From a virus: a stretch of DNA of 64,000 bases. The notes below the pieces were generated by a model. That model was not told the DNA's origin and made no database searches. It saw only the letters and a list, made by a program, of their open reading frames with translations. Below are positions 63,934 to 64,000 of the stretch, piece after piece. Position 1 is the first letter of the stretch; the number at the start of each line of letters is the position of its first letter. The stretch is taken from IMG/VR virus record IMGVR_UViG_3300044445_000018, positions 1 through 64,000 of that record, one strand, 5' to 3'. The position numbers and the translations under genes are program-made.

Positions 63934-64000
63934 CTAGTCAAGGACAAGATCGTCAAGATCGAAGTGCTCCCCGATGACTTCGGCAAGCTCCTGCACAGTC
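63934..64000 (-). CDS. 3' end of a CDS entering from the right (...TVQELAEVIGEHFDLDDLVLD)
   Basis: Open frame to the window edge, ending at the TAG at 63934-63936. Confidence 0.4.
   Translation of the reverse strand, partial: TVQELAEVIGEHFDLDDLVLD

Overview
GC-rich (about 60% by eye) segment of a double-stranded DNA phage or prophage interior. Every credible gene is on the minus strand. I call 114 CDS, five of them under 60 aa and absent from the ORF track. The long plus-strand ORFs and several alternate-frame minus ORFs look like high-GC shadow ORFs. Genes are tightly packed, with frequent ATGA/TGATG/GTGA start-stop overlaps and GGAG-type Shine-Dalgarno (SD) sites.

Modules in transcription order (right to left):
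- 54-64 kb, replication/recombination: gp32-like SSB, HNH, SF2 helicase, RecA, Hjc-like PD-(D/E)XK nuclease, Cas4-like nuclease, RuvC.
- 46-54 kb: mostly unknown genes, including a MazG-like protein, a lipoprotein and a CxxCxxCC protein.
- 39.8-45.5 kb: early-type region of about 10 near-identical promoter / RBS / small-ORF / hairpin cassettes, with paralogues and iteron-like repeats.
- 36.8-39.2 kb: runs of small membrane proteins.
- 33.9-34.6 kb: a GNAT + XRE two-gene unit.
- 25.8-33.8 kb: adhesin/tail-fibre module that unexpectedly contains a DUF1800/DUF1501 pair.
- 14.5-22.8 kb: amino-sugar/glycosyltransferase module with a dCTP-deaminase-fold protein, an HNH insertion and a stand-alone RapZ C-terminal domain.
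- 10.5-14.2 kb: ParB-like protein, TerS-like protein, TerL.
- 4.2-9.7 kb: PPDK-like dikinase lacking the PEP/pyruvate domain, a CsrA-like protein and two CX5R phosphatase paralogues.
- 0.1-2.5 kb: family A DNA polymerase.

No rRNA, tRNA, CRISPR array, integrase, portal or capsid gene was recognised.

The most striking non-coding signal is a 14-16 bp palindrome (TG-N3-TTAA-N3-CA). It occurs 26 times, almost always at gene junctions. A sigma70-like promoter class (mostly TTTACA-16 bp-TAnnnT) and intrinsic terminators punctuate the array.

Functional calls come from motifs I recognised by eye. No database search was run.
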